Positions 46,189 through 54,720 of a stretch of DNA of 64,000 nt are shown one piece after another. The notes under the pieces were generated by a model. It saw nothing but the letters and a program-made list of their open reading frames with translations, was not told where the DNA came from and ran no database searches. Origin of the DNA: an uncultured archaeon (GTDB lineage Archaea; Thermoplasmatota; Penumbrarchaeia; JASLWR01); the NCBI GenBank assembly GCA_964342815.1, contig CAYFHS010000004.1, positions 104,333-168,332 of the forward strand. The letters are read 5' to 3'. Numbering within the stretch: the stretch's first letter is position 1; each line of letters begins with the position of its first letter. The translations under genes were made by a program, and so were the position numbers.

Positions 46189-46463
46189 ATATGGGCGCTG
46201 TTGACGTATGCAATTACTCGACTGTCGTCATCCCTGCCGATCACCGTCAGTGAAACCTGCTTGTTCCACAACTTTCTTCTCAAAACACCTAAGCTCGTTT
46301 TTCTTCCTGTTTTGCTGAGGGCCGGAGAATTAAAATCGGCCAGCCTTATTATTTCTTTATCCAGATAAACATCGCTATTCTCCTTACTTCTATCTACGAC
46401 GATAAGTTCGAAGGTGCTCCCGTCAATGATACGGCCCACTTTTCCAACGATGAAATCCGTCAT
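46185..46463 (-). CDS. Small thermonuclease (SNase)-like OB-fold protein with degenerate active-site motifs
   Basis: GKVGRIIDGSTF...IRLADFNSP...LWNKQV...RDDDSRVIAYV, compared with the usual DGDT, GIDAPE and D.YGR motifs. Confidence 0.6.
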   Translation of the reverse strand: MTDFIVGKVGRIIDGSTFELIVVDRSKENSDVYLDKEIIRLADFNSPALSKTGRKTSLGVLRRKLWNKQVSLTVIGRDDDSRVIAYVNSAHM

Positions 46464-46752
46464 TTCTCGACCCCTGTTCTTCACATTAACAATATAGTAA
46501 TTCAAGGGTTTCGATAATATATAAGTTTTGAGGCACAGACATCAACATTTTCTCGAAAAGGGTGTGTTTGTCTGCATGGGACTCCATTACAGCTTAACGG
46601 CATTAAAGTTATCATTATTACTGATAGTTGAACCAAGATGATGCAGGAACCCCGTAGCGGACTGGGCTTGCTAAAATTTAAAGTTTTTTATAGTATCAAA
46701 AGCTTTATAAATCTCGAAGTCAATAAAAATTGCTAACTATTGAGGCTGCATT

Positions 46753-47034
46753 ATGAAAACCCGTATTTTCCTCATATTGATATTAATCATGCTTCTGTCA
46801 TTTCTAATGCCAACGGTCACAGCAAAGGGCGGGGGTAGCGGCGGAGGGGGAGTCAGCGGCGGTTCCTATAGTGGAAATCGGGGAGTATATTACGGTGGCA
46901 GCAGTAACGATGATTATGATGATGATGATGATGAGGATTATTATGATTTTGAATGGATTGTTTATTTGCTTGCCATCCCCATCGCTGTAGTTTATTGGTT
47001 TATAAAGAAAAAAATGCAGAGAGGTCAGTGGTAG
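46753..47034 (+). CDS. Small membrane protein with Gly-rich and Asp-rich linkers
   Basis: Signal peptide, GGGSGGGGVSGG, poly-Asp, C-terminal TM followed by KKK. Confidence 0.6.
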   Translation: MKTRIFLILILIMLLSFLMPTVTAKGGGSGGGGVSGGSYSGNRGVYYGGSSNDDYDDDDDEDYYDFEWIVYLLAIPIAVVYWFIKKKMQRGQW

Positions 47035-47224
47035 CGCTATTATTTCTCTGCCAAGCCCATAACCTATCGGAGATCCCATAATTCCTCGATTTCCTTCTTT
47101 TTTAGAATCGTTTTCATACAGTTTATGAAACAGCTTAAAAACTAGACGCTTTGGTGCAGAAATATTTATGAAAACAACAGCTTCGAGTGAAATATTTATA
47201 ACGGTGTTATATAATCGCCTTGCC

Positions 47225-47428
47225 ATGGGTCAGGCAGACGTCCTTGAAATTCTTCGAAACAGCAGGAGTGAATGGTCTACTTCGAAGGATATCTGTAAAA
47301 AAGTAGATGTATCCATGAGCTCTGTACTGCTGGCTTTGAAAAAACTAAGACAGCAGGGTTTTGTCGAAAGACGTCGTAAACCCGACGATAGATACGGATT
47401 TCAGTATCGATTCAAATCCGGATCATGA
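47225..47428 (+). CDS. Small winged-HTH protein, paralog of 49998-50195
   Basis: MGQADVLEIL...WSTSKDI...SVLLALKKLRQQGFV...YRFK. Confidence 0.8.
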   Translation: MGQADVLEILRNSRSEWSTSKDICKKVDVSMSSVLLALKKLRQQGFVERRRKPDDRYGFQYRFKSGS

Positions 47429-47446
47429 GATTGATGAATCCATTAT

Positions 47447-48223
47447 TTATCGTGCCACCGCCAATCCCACAGCATATTTTTTACTGATAATTATTTCTCC
47501 CTTTCTCCCTCCGATCAAATCCATAAGACCTATGGAGCCAACGATTATTTCGCTGCCGCCGAGTTCTGTGAGCCGCGCCTTCGCTTCGTTATGAAGTACT
47601 ACTTTCCATTGCTCTTTTTGAGATTGCAGGAAGTTTTCCCCTACAATTGACATGCTGATTTTTCCCATATAAGCCAATAATTCAACGTCATAGGTATTTA
47701 CCGAAAGACCGATCCCGAGAGCTTTCGTCACTGCTTCTTTCATTGTATACATGAATGCGGATAACAATGACTTTTTATTATCTGGAATCTTCTGGAAAAT
47801 TTTCCGTTCTTCCGGTGTAAAAGCGGTTCTCAGAAATGAGTCTCCTCTGTTCTCAACCACCTCCACGTCTATGCCCAGACCGATGATGGGACTGCAGCCT
47901 GCCACGGCCAGGGCAACCTCGTTCGAGTGGGATATCGATACATGGATGTCGTTTCTCGGACTTCCGCTCAAAACTGCATACGGTTCGCCCCCGGTCTTCG
48001 TTAGTATCTCCAAACCTTCCAGCGTATCGGGAAATACAAGTTTGCGGACAGCTTCCTTCGCCGCCCTTCTTCCGGCCAGCCATTCCCGCTTACGTTTGTC
48101 GAGTTTGAACGACTTTAACATAATACGCTCATTTAAGCCCAGCCTACCCTCATTGGTATTATTTATCTCCTTTATCGTACAGGGAAAGACCTGTTCTGCG
48201 AGACGAATGGTTGTTGTGGGCAT
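47447..48223 (-). CDS. 4'-phosphopantetheinyl transferase (Sfp-type)
   Basis: EWLAGRRAAKEA, GEP, VSISHS, GIDVE, YTMKEAVTKALGIGL. Confidence 0.9.
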   Translation of the reverse strand: MPTTTIRLAEQVFPCTIKEINNTNEGRLGLNERIMLKSFKLDKRKREWLAGRRAAKEAVRKLVFPDTLEGLEILTKTGGEPYAVLSGSPRNDIHVSISHSNEVALAVAGCSPIIGLGIDVEVVENRGDSFLRTAFTPEERKIFQKIPDNKKSLLSAFMYTMKEAVTKALGIGLSVNTYDVELLAYMGKISMSIVGENFLQSQKEQWKVVLHNEAKARLTELGGSEIIVGSIGLMDLIGGRKGEIIISKKYAVGLAVAR

Positions 48224-48266
48224 GAAATTCTCCTTTTTTCTACTAGGGCAAAACATGAGCGGAATC

Positions 48267-49676
48267 CTAGGGTTGGGGGGGTGGATATGTATATCTCTGC
48301 AGCATGGAATGGGCAGGGTTTGATGATTGTGTTTTGGCTCCCGTGCCTTTAAGTGCCCGACCGCACATCATGCAAGAATCCGCCGATCTTTGATTGAGAG
48401 CGCCGCATTTCGGGCAGTTCGCAAATTGTGGGCTTGTCTGAAGTGATTTTGAACTCGTATCACTACTGGACCTGGTCGTGGAGGCTGCTGCAACGGGCGA
48501 GGATGAGCTAGGTGCTTGGCTTGCTCCGCATATGTGGCAGAAGACAGCTTTTGGGTCCATTATTACGCCTCTGCATTTTGTGCATTTCTTTTCCGGTGGA
48601 GGCGGCGGGTATTTTGATCTCATCGCTGATTTAGATTTCTCCCTTTTCTTCCCTTCTTTATAACGGGCTTTGTCTTCCTCATCCTCGTCGTCCTCTTCAT
48701 CTTCGTATTCTTCACCGTCCTCAATCAGATCATTCCTGAAAAGGAACAATAGAACTGTAGTTCCAGTCAACAGGAGCGAGGAAATCAAACCTATAATCCA
48801 ACCGCTTCGGGGTCCCCACCTGTATTCGATATAATACCTGTACCAGACTTCAGATTGGTGTTTTTTATAACCTGAAAAACTGTTGACTACGGGCACGGGC
48901 TTATATTCATCGTCCGCAATTGTGAAGAGACCGTAATTTTCGCCCGAATCATATTTCTCACGATATAGCTCCATATCGCCATATACGTCGTTCCAATCGT
49001 CTTCATAAGCACCACTCCAAGAGGCGGAAAAATAGACTACGCCCACCAGTAATAAGACAGAAGCGATCCCCATGGATATTATAACGGGTTTGTGCAGACG
49101 CTTGTACAATCCCGATATGATTATTACCAAAACACTTAGGGCAGCAATGCAGATACCGATAAGCCAAATAATATGGGCTTTATTGCTGACGCCCACTCTG
49201 TTAATTATTCCGTCCTCTTTCTGGGCTTTTTTTATTTCGGTGTTGCTGAGAGGTTGCGTTTCCTTTTCAATGTCTCCTTCTTCCCTGAAGATCTCTTTTT
49301 TGGGTTCGACAGCCAGTTTGTCGCATTCATCACACTTTACGGCAGCTTTCTCAAAGGATGCCTCACACCATCTGCAGCTATTCATTCCCTGGCCGACATA
49401 ATAACCGCAATCAGGGCAGTAATCCCTTTCTTCCATGAGTTCGTCCTCAGTGTCTGCTACGGGATTACCGCATGATGGGCAAAGATATCTGTTCCAGTCT
49501 TCTGAAATGACCCTTTCAAAGCTTATTTCATTCAGACCCCACGAAAAACGGTATTCTCTTTTATCTTCTTCAAGATGATAATCCTCAGACCACCAGGGCG
49601 AGTAGAGTGAAATAATGGCTGATGTTAATGCGGCCATCGAAGCCAATATGACCACGGCCCACTTTATTTTCGACAA
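48267..49676 (-). CDS. Multi-pass membrane protein with several zinc-ribbon (CxxC) pairs
   Basis: CPSC/CPDC/CRWC/CDEC in the first loop; CTKC..CHIC and CPKC..CMMC in the tail; four hydrophobic segments. Confidence 0.75.
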   Translation of the reverse strand: MSKIKWAVVILASMAALTSAIISLYSPWWSEDYHLEEDKREYRFSWGLNEISFERVISEDWNRYLCPSCGNPVADTEDELMEERDYCPDCGYYVGQGMNSCRWCEASFEKAAVKCDECDKLAVEPKKEIFREEGDIEKETQPLSNTEIKKAQKEDGIINRVGVSNKAHIIWLIGICIAALSVLVIIISGLYKRLHKPVIISMGIASVLLLVGVVYFSASWSGAYEDDWNDVYGDMELYREKYDSGENYGLFTIADDEYKPVPVVNSFSGYKKHQSEVWYRYYIEYRWGPRSGWIIGLISSLLLTGTTVLLFLFRNDLIEDGEEYEDEEDDEDEEDKARYKEGKKREKSKSAMRSKYPPPPPEKKCTKCRGVIMDPKAVFCHICGASQAPSSSSPVAAASTTRSSSDTSSKSLQTSPQFANCPKCGALNQRSADSCMMCGRALKGTGAKTQSSNPAHSMLQRYTYPPPQP

Positions 49677-49997
49677 GAAATTTTCACCCGAGTGTAGTAT
49701 AATAAAAATTGCTGAAAGAAGGTAAATTCTTAGCTAGTACATATCTCCAAGATATTTATTTATTCCTCTCAATCTCTTGAGATTAATTTCGTATAATGTC
49801 CTGAAGTTTGTTAAAGGATGAGATGCCAGAGGCTGGGTGATTCCGAGATCTCCGTTGTTGTTAAGGTTGGATTCGACATCGTGAAATTCGATAGAACGGT
49901 CATTCCCATCGGCTTGGGATAGAACTAATATAATGTAAAATAATAAAATAGGTAAAAACCGAAAAAGAGTACAAGCTATTAGAACCTGCAAAAAAAC

Positions 49998-50195
49998 TTA
50001 TTCCTTGAACTTGTACTGGTACTCGTTCCCTCTTCTCCCCGTTCCCCTGTACTCTATCTCGCCGTTCTCCCTCAGCTTTCTCAGCGACTCGGCAACGGCA
50101 CCTCTGGATATGCAGATCCCTTCGCTTATCTCTCTTGAAGTGAACCATTTATCCCGGTGAATCTTCAAGAAATGGTAGACTTCCTGCTGTCCCAT
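49998..50195 (-). CDS. Small winged-HTH protein
   Basis: MGQQEVYHFL...WFTSREI...AVAESLRKLRENGEI...YKFK. Confidence 0.8.
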   Translation of the reverse strand: MGQQEVYHFLKIHRDKWFTSREISEGICISRGAVAESLRKLRENGEIEYRGTGRRGNEYQYKFKE

Positions 50196-50341
50196 AATGG
50201 GTATTATGGCGTTGTCCTACTTAAACCTATAGGAAATTTTAAAGGATTTGCATCATATTTGTAATCGTTTAAAATATTTTATCCAAGGTTATTTTCTCTT
50301 CTAGGTCGTTTTGATTGGTGTATGGGTTGACCAGTTTTCCC

Positions 50342-50650
50342 TTACCTGATATCTTCCAAGAGGATTAGCTTGAAGTCACCATTATCTTCATAGAACAAAG
50401 TTCTGGCCACAACCTTGTATTTTCCAAAAGCCGATTTGAATACAGGCTGGCCCTTGCTTAACTCGTCCTCCAGGTCCAGAAATTGCTCAAGGGTCAATTT
50501 TCCTTCGATGGTGAATTCGGCTGATTTACGGCCCATATCCCTAAGTTCATCCCCCTCCACATTATCCTCTATGATCCTGGAGTAATGTCTTTCCACGAGT
50601 TTGCTTATCCTGCAGTCCGTAAGATAGAATTCACCGATCTTGGCGTTCAT
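50342..50650 (-). CDS. Hypothetical protein, possibly phage tail/DNA-circularisation N-terminal-like
   Basis: GDELRDMGRKSAEFTIEGKL resembles the EDLGRK.R...I.G.L motif; ATG follows GGGAGATGCT. Confidence 0.5.
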   Translation of the reverse strand: MNAKIGEFYLTDCRISKLVERHYSRIIEDNVEGDELRDMGRKSAEFTIEGKLTLEQFLDLEDELSKGQPVFKSAFGKYKVVARTLFYEDNGDFKLILLEDIR

Positions 50651-50759
50651 AGCATCTCCCCTTTGAATTGATATTGCAAATGAGTATTTTTTTATTAATT
50701 GATTCCATCGGAATTGCTCGCGATATACAATCATAATGTGGATTGTTCTATTCCCTTGA

Positions 50760-53351
50760 TCATTTCTTTACTTTTCTTACGATTAACAGTAAAAAACCTA
50801 TGGACATGACAACCAAGAACAATGAAAAACCAGGGGATTCTTCTTTTGTACTTCCGGTTTCCGACTCATCGGTGGGCTCGTCGTCATCCGCACCGTCGTC
50901 GTCCGGATCATCATCTCCGTCGGTATCATCATCGGCGTCATCGTCGGTATCATCGTCTTCAGGCCGGTAACGATCCACAACCTCGATTTCATAAATATAA
51001 ATACCCTGATTCCCCGCCGAGTCCTCAACAGTTATCCTGATATCGTACAATCCTCCGGAAACAGTGGAGGGAACTGTGAATGTATGTTCGTAATCGCCCG
51101 TTTTGAAGTGCGCCGAGCTATCCGTATCAAGCTCTATCTCATCTCCTCCGAGGCCGCTAAGGTCTATCCAGACCCCCGTGATATCTTCCAGAGTGTCATT
51201 GTCAGTTATTTCCACAGTAACAGTCATTTCCTCCTTGCCATCGTTGAAGACGCTGTCGATACTTGCGGAAACAGAACGTATCACCGGTAATGAATTGGGC
51301 TGTGTCAGGGTGAAATTGATGGTCCCGATTGCCGTTTCATACGTATCGTCGGTAACTGTCACGGGGATCGAAAAAATTTTCTCCTTTACCCCTTCGTCTT
51401 TCAATATATCAGGGTCTATGCTCATGAGGTATGAATAGATTCCATCACCGGTTTTCTCATCTCCATTGGATCCGTCGTCGTAGAACAACTGGTGTCGGTC
51501 TCCGTCGATATCCCGCAGATCGCCTTCAACTGAAAGTACGGTATCCAAACCGTTCCCGTCCTCTATCTCTACTGTAAGAAGTATCTCGAGATCGGGTCCT
51601 GCAAATGCCTCTTCAGGAATACTCAATACCTTTACGATCCGTGGTGCTATCACCGGAATAAACTCGTGTATTACCACGTCAACGGACAGCGTATTGATAT
51701 CATTTGCCAGATCGGCTGCAGTGAATTTCACAGCAAATGTTCCCGGGTTAATGGAATTTGGAATGATGTGCATGACCGTGTACTTTCCATCACTACTGTA
51801 TGTATCACCATTTGTACCGTCGTCGAACATATCCGTTTCCCCGTCACCCCCCAGGAGACGCAGGTCCGCATTTACGCTAAGCACATCACTTATCCCGTTC
51901 GGGTCATCCACCTCTGCAGTGAATTTAACCTCTGTAATACCGTCATTGTACAGCGTGGAAGGATTGGTAAAACCGGAGAATACGTTAGGAGGCTCGTTCT
52001 TCTGTATCACTGTAAGTTTGACGTCCCCAGTTCCGGTGTTGCCGTTCAGGTCGTATACCGTCACGTCTATGGTATGGTCTCCCGTGTTCACGGTGTCGGC
52101 GATGTCTAAGGACATTGAAAAAATACCGTCTCCAGCCGCCTCGTCCCCACCGGTCCCGTCGTCCATAAGCTCCACCAGACCGATGTTCAGACCGCTCAGG
52201 TCGGCTTCCACTTTTTCTATATCCAGGGAACCGTCAGGATCTGCGACGCTGGCGGTGAGTAATACGCTTTCATCTCCACTATTTGTGACATTGCTGCTGT
52301 CAAATTGGAGGTTCTCAACCACTGGATCTCGGCCAGCGTAATTTGTATCCTTCAAATAATCCGTGGAGTCGATGACATAGCCGGATGCAAGGGAGCCAAA
52401 ATGGTTTTTATAATTATACCTGGCATACCATCCCACTTCCGGGGAAATATAACTGGTCCTGGTACCACCATCAGGAGCTTCCGGTGTGTCGGGATTGTCC
52501 GAATGCATCGTTCCTCCGTTATTCGTGTAAATGAATTTCATTGAGCTTAATGTATTTCCCGATTGATATGCGTCGGCCTCATCCATGCTCACATCCTCTC
52601 TGGAAACGGCAACGTCGTCCTCAAGCTGGTAGTAAAGGGAATTGTATCTCGTCTGCCCGCCTTCGATATCGAGATATGATTTTGTGAAGAAATCTATCTT
52701 TGAGCTTACGTGGAACGAATCATCGGGATCGTGCGGATAGGAAAAATCCTCCATTGCCGGGGTGTAGTTGAGGAAATTGATATCCCAGAAATCATAGTTG
52801 CCTGAAAAAATGGTGTTCAGAAAGGAGGGTTCGAGGTCATAAATATAGGCCGTTCCGTCCAGGGCTTTAAAATCCCTTACAGTTGCCAACGTGGGTTTTT
52901 CTAAAAGAAGATGGCCGGACACAGTTCCCGAAAAGGTGGTTTTGTAGGGTACGACACCATAATCGAATCCGAATTCCGCGGTATCCATTTCGGCTTCCCG
53001 GTAGTTCTGGACATCGCCCGTCAGAGTCAGGTTGTAGCATTCCACTGGAGTCCCGTACCCGTTGAAGATCTCACTTGTACTGGAGACGGTATAGGTGCGG
53101 TTATCCCATTGATCATACTCGTAACCCTCGGAATCGATACATCGGGCAGATCTCCGGTAAGACCAGTAATTCCCGTTTTCCCATACGGGTAGATTTAGAA
53201 GGCCCCCATTGCTCCTTACCCTTTTTTCGGAGACGATCTTACGAGGTTTTTCGATCCCGGGATTGTGAACGGTAATTGGTGCGGCCGAGATCAGGAACAG
53301 TATCACGATAAACAATACCAGAACTGTGCAAATTATGTCTTTTTTTTCCAT
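50760..53351 (-). CDS. Surface protein with choice-of-anchor-X-like repeats and a PGF-CTERM tail
   Basis: Three DDG..GD...DG.(Y/F)(S/T) repeats, Asp-rich linker, SPGFSLFLVVMSIGFLLLIVRKVKK. Confidence 0.85.
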   Translation of the reverse strand: MEKKDIICTVLVLFIVILFLISAAPITVHNPGIEKPRKIVSEKRVRSNGGLLNLPVWENGNYWSYRRSARCIDSEGYEYDQWDNRTYTVSSTSEIFNGYGTPVECYNLTLTGDVQNYREAEMDTAEFGFDYGVVPYKTTFSGTVSGHLLLEKPTLATVRDFKALDGTAYIYDLEPSFLNTIFSGNYDFWDINFLNYTPAMEDFSYPHDPDDSFHVSSKIDFFTKSYLDIEGGQTRYNSLYYQLEDDVAVSREDVSMDEADAYQSGNTLSSMKFIYTNNGGTMHSDNPDTPEAPDGGTRTSYISPEVGWYARYNYKNHFGSLASGYVIDSTDYLKDTNYAGRDPVVENLQFDSSNVTNSGDESVLLTASVADPDGSLDIEKVEADLSGLNIGLVELMDDGTGGDEAAGDGIFSMSLDIADTVNTGDHTIDVTVYDLNGNTGTGDVKLTVIQKNEPPNVFSGFTNPSTLYNDGITEVKFTAEVDDPNGISDVLSVNADLRLLGGDGETDMFDDGTNGDTYSSDGKYTVMHIIPNSINPGTFAVKFTAADLANDINTLSVDVVIHEFIPVIAPRIVKVLSIPEEAFAGPDLEILLTVEIEDGNGLDTVLSVEGDLRDIDGDRHQLFYDDGSNGDEKTGDGIYSYLMSIDPDILKDEGVKEKIFSIPVTVTDDTYETAIGTINFTLTQPNSLPVIRSVSASIDSVFNDGKEEMTVTVEITDNDTLEDITGVWIDLSGLGGDEIELDTDSSAHFKTGDYEHTFTVPSTVSGGLYDIRITVEDSAGNQGIYIYEIEVVDRYRPEDDDTDDDADDDTDGDDDPDDDGADDDEPTDESETGSTKEESPGFSLFLVVMSIGFLLLIVRKVKK

Positions 53352-53508
53352 TTCAAATCCACCTGAGTAGAAGTACGCTGCTAGTTCATCAAGAAACCAT
53401 GCCTGATTTTATGGAGTCTTTTCTTAATATATTTTGTCATTAGATGTAAGGTTGCGATATCCTTTTTTGATAAGAATAAACGTTAACGCTACGATTCAAT
53501 TAACCGAA

Positions 53509-54717
53509 CTATTTACCGTTATTACTTGTATCTTTTACATTTACGGTATTTTTCTCTTCTTTCTTTTCTTTTTTTCCAGTGGCCTTTCCGAGCCTAATGA
53601 ATATCGAGCCGGATATGAACAATATGGATGAAGGTATGAGAAGGAAGAAAGACCAGTTCCAGGAAAATCGTCCTGAGAGCAGTCGTTCCATTGCGGAGGA
53701 TACTTCGGTCATCTCCAGTATCGTCATCACACCCCACCAGTAGAAGAACATTCCAACCAAAACAAGAATCCCCGAAGCAAGTAGGTACTTGGCGGCCTTT
53801 GCGTTATCCCTTATAATAAAAATCATTCCCACTATGGAAAGCAAGCCTGCAATTATAAACATTGGAAATGCAGCCACCATTAGAACTACCTTTCCGCCCT
53901 GCGTATGGGTCACAAGGTAAACGTTATGAGGGTGTGGGTAGCTGTCTGACTTGAAGGGGGCGGAAGGACTTTCATCCACGTTTCCATCCACATCGGTCAT
54001 GTTGCATTCGATACGGGTAACAATACCGATTCGCTCCTGTGTTGTGAGATATTCCAGATCGAGTGAATATTCCAGTACGTCCTCTGTATTTGTGAGAACG
54101 TCATCCACTTCCTTCTCCCAGATTATCTCGTTTCTGGTATACTCGTTCTCCTCGTCGTCGTAATGGGTCCATATCTCCACCCAGACCTTTGAGACATCCA
54201 CCCTGGATAGGTTCCAAGTATCGTTCAGGGATACGGTGATGGACAAGTGTTCCTCGATTCCCTCGATCCAGAAGGGCACCCTGTCGATGTGAGAACTGAC
54301 GATTATATTACCGCCGTTATCCCGGTTCTCGTAAATATCGAATTTCGTTCGAGCAGCAAGCTCGTAATTTCCGTTCTTATAGCTGTTCATTATAATGCCC
54401 AAACGTTCGGGAAGCTCGGGGCCGGGCCCCTGGACGAAAAAACGCTCGTTATGGATCGACATTCCTCCGTCCCCGAGCATTTCGCTCTCCACCACCGCCT
54501 CCACATCGAAACCGTACAGGTACAAAGATCCCTCCAATCCGGCTGTGGTCGTCTTTCCCGTGGGCATTTTTACGGGAACCGTGGCATTCAGCTCGCTGGT
54601 CGGGGAAAGGTGTGCCAGTAAAAGTATGATATTGGCGATAATTATAATACCCACGGCAGTCATTTTTTTCCAGTCTTTAACGGTTGTTATTATGGATGAG
54701 TTGGACAAGCGCATCAC
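53509..54717 (-). CDS. Hypothetical membrane protein
   Basis: N-terminal TM, soluble domain, four C-terminal TM helices. Confidence 0.75.
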   Translation of the reverse strand: MMRLSNSSIITTVKDWKKMTAVGIIIIANIILLLAHLSPTSELNATVPVKMPTGKTTTAGLEGSLYLYGFDVEAVVESEMLGDGGMSIHNERFFVQGPGPELPERLGIIMNSYKNGNYELAARTKFDIYENRDNGGNIIVSSHIDRVPFWIEGIEEHLSITVSLNDTWNLSRVDVSKVWVEIWTHYDDEENEYTRNEIIWEKEVDDVLTNTEDVLEYSLDLEYLTTQERIGIVTRIECNMTDVDGNVDESPSAPFKSDSYPHPHNVYLVTHTQGGKVVLMVAAFPMFIIAGLLSIVGMIFIIRDNAKAAKYLLASGILVLVGMFFYWWGVMTILEMTEVSSAMERLLSGRFSWNWSFFLLIPSSILFISGSIFIRLGKATGKKEKKEEKNTVNVKDTSNNGK

Positions 54718-54720
54718 ACC

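Noticed and set aside
46536-46574. Imperfect hairpin CAGACA...TGTCTG between divergent genes
   Set aside because: Single copy, with no U-tract and no similarity to the repeat families; not enough to assign.
49734-49991. 85-aa minus-strand ORF
   Set aside because: No RBS or motif, and the N-terminus overlaps AT-rich spacer sequence; it cannot be supported.
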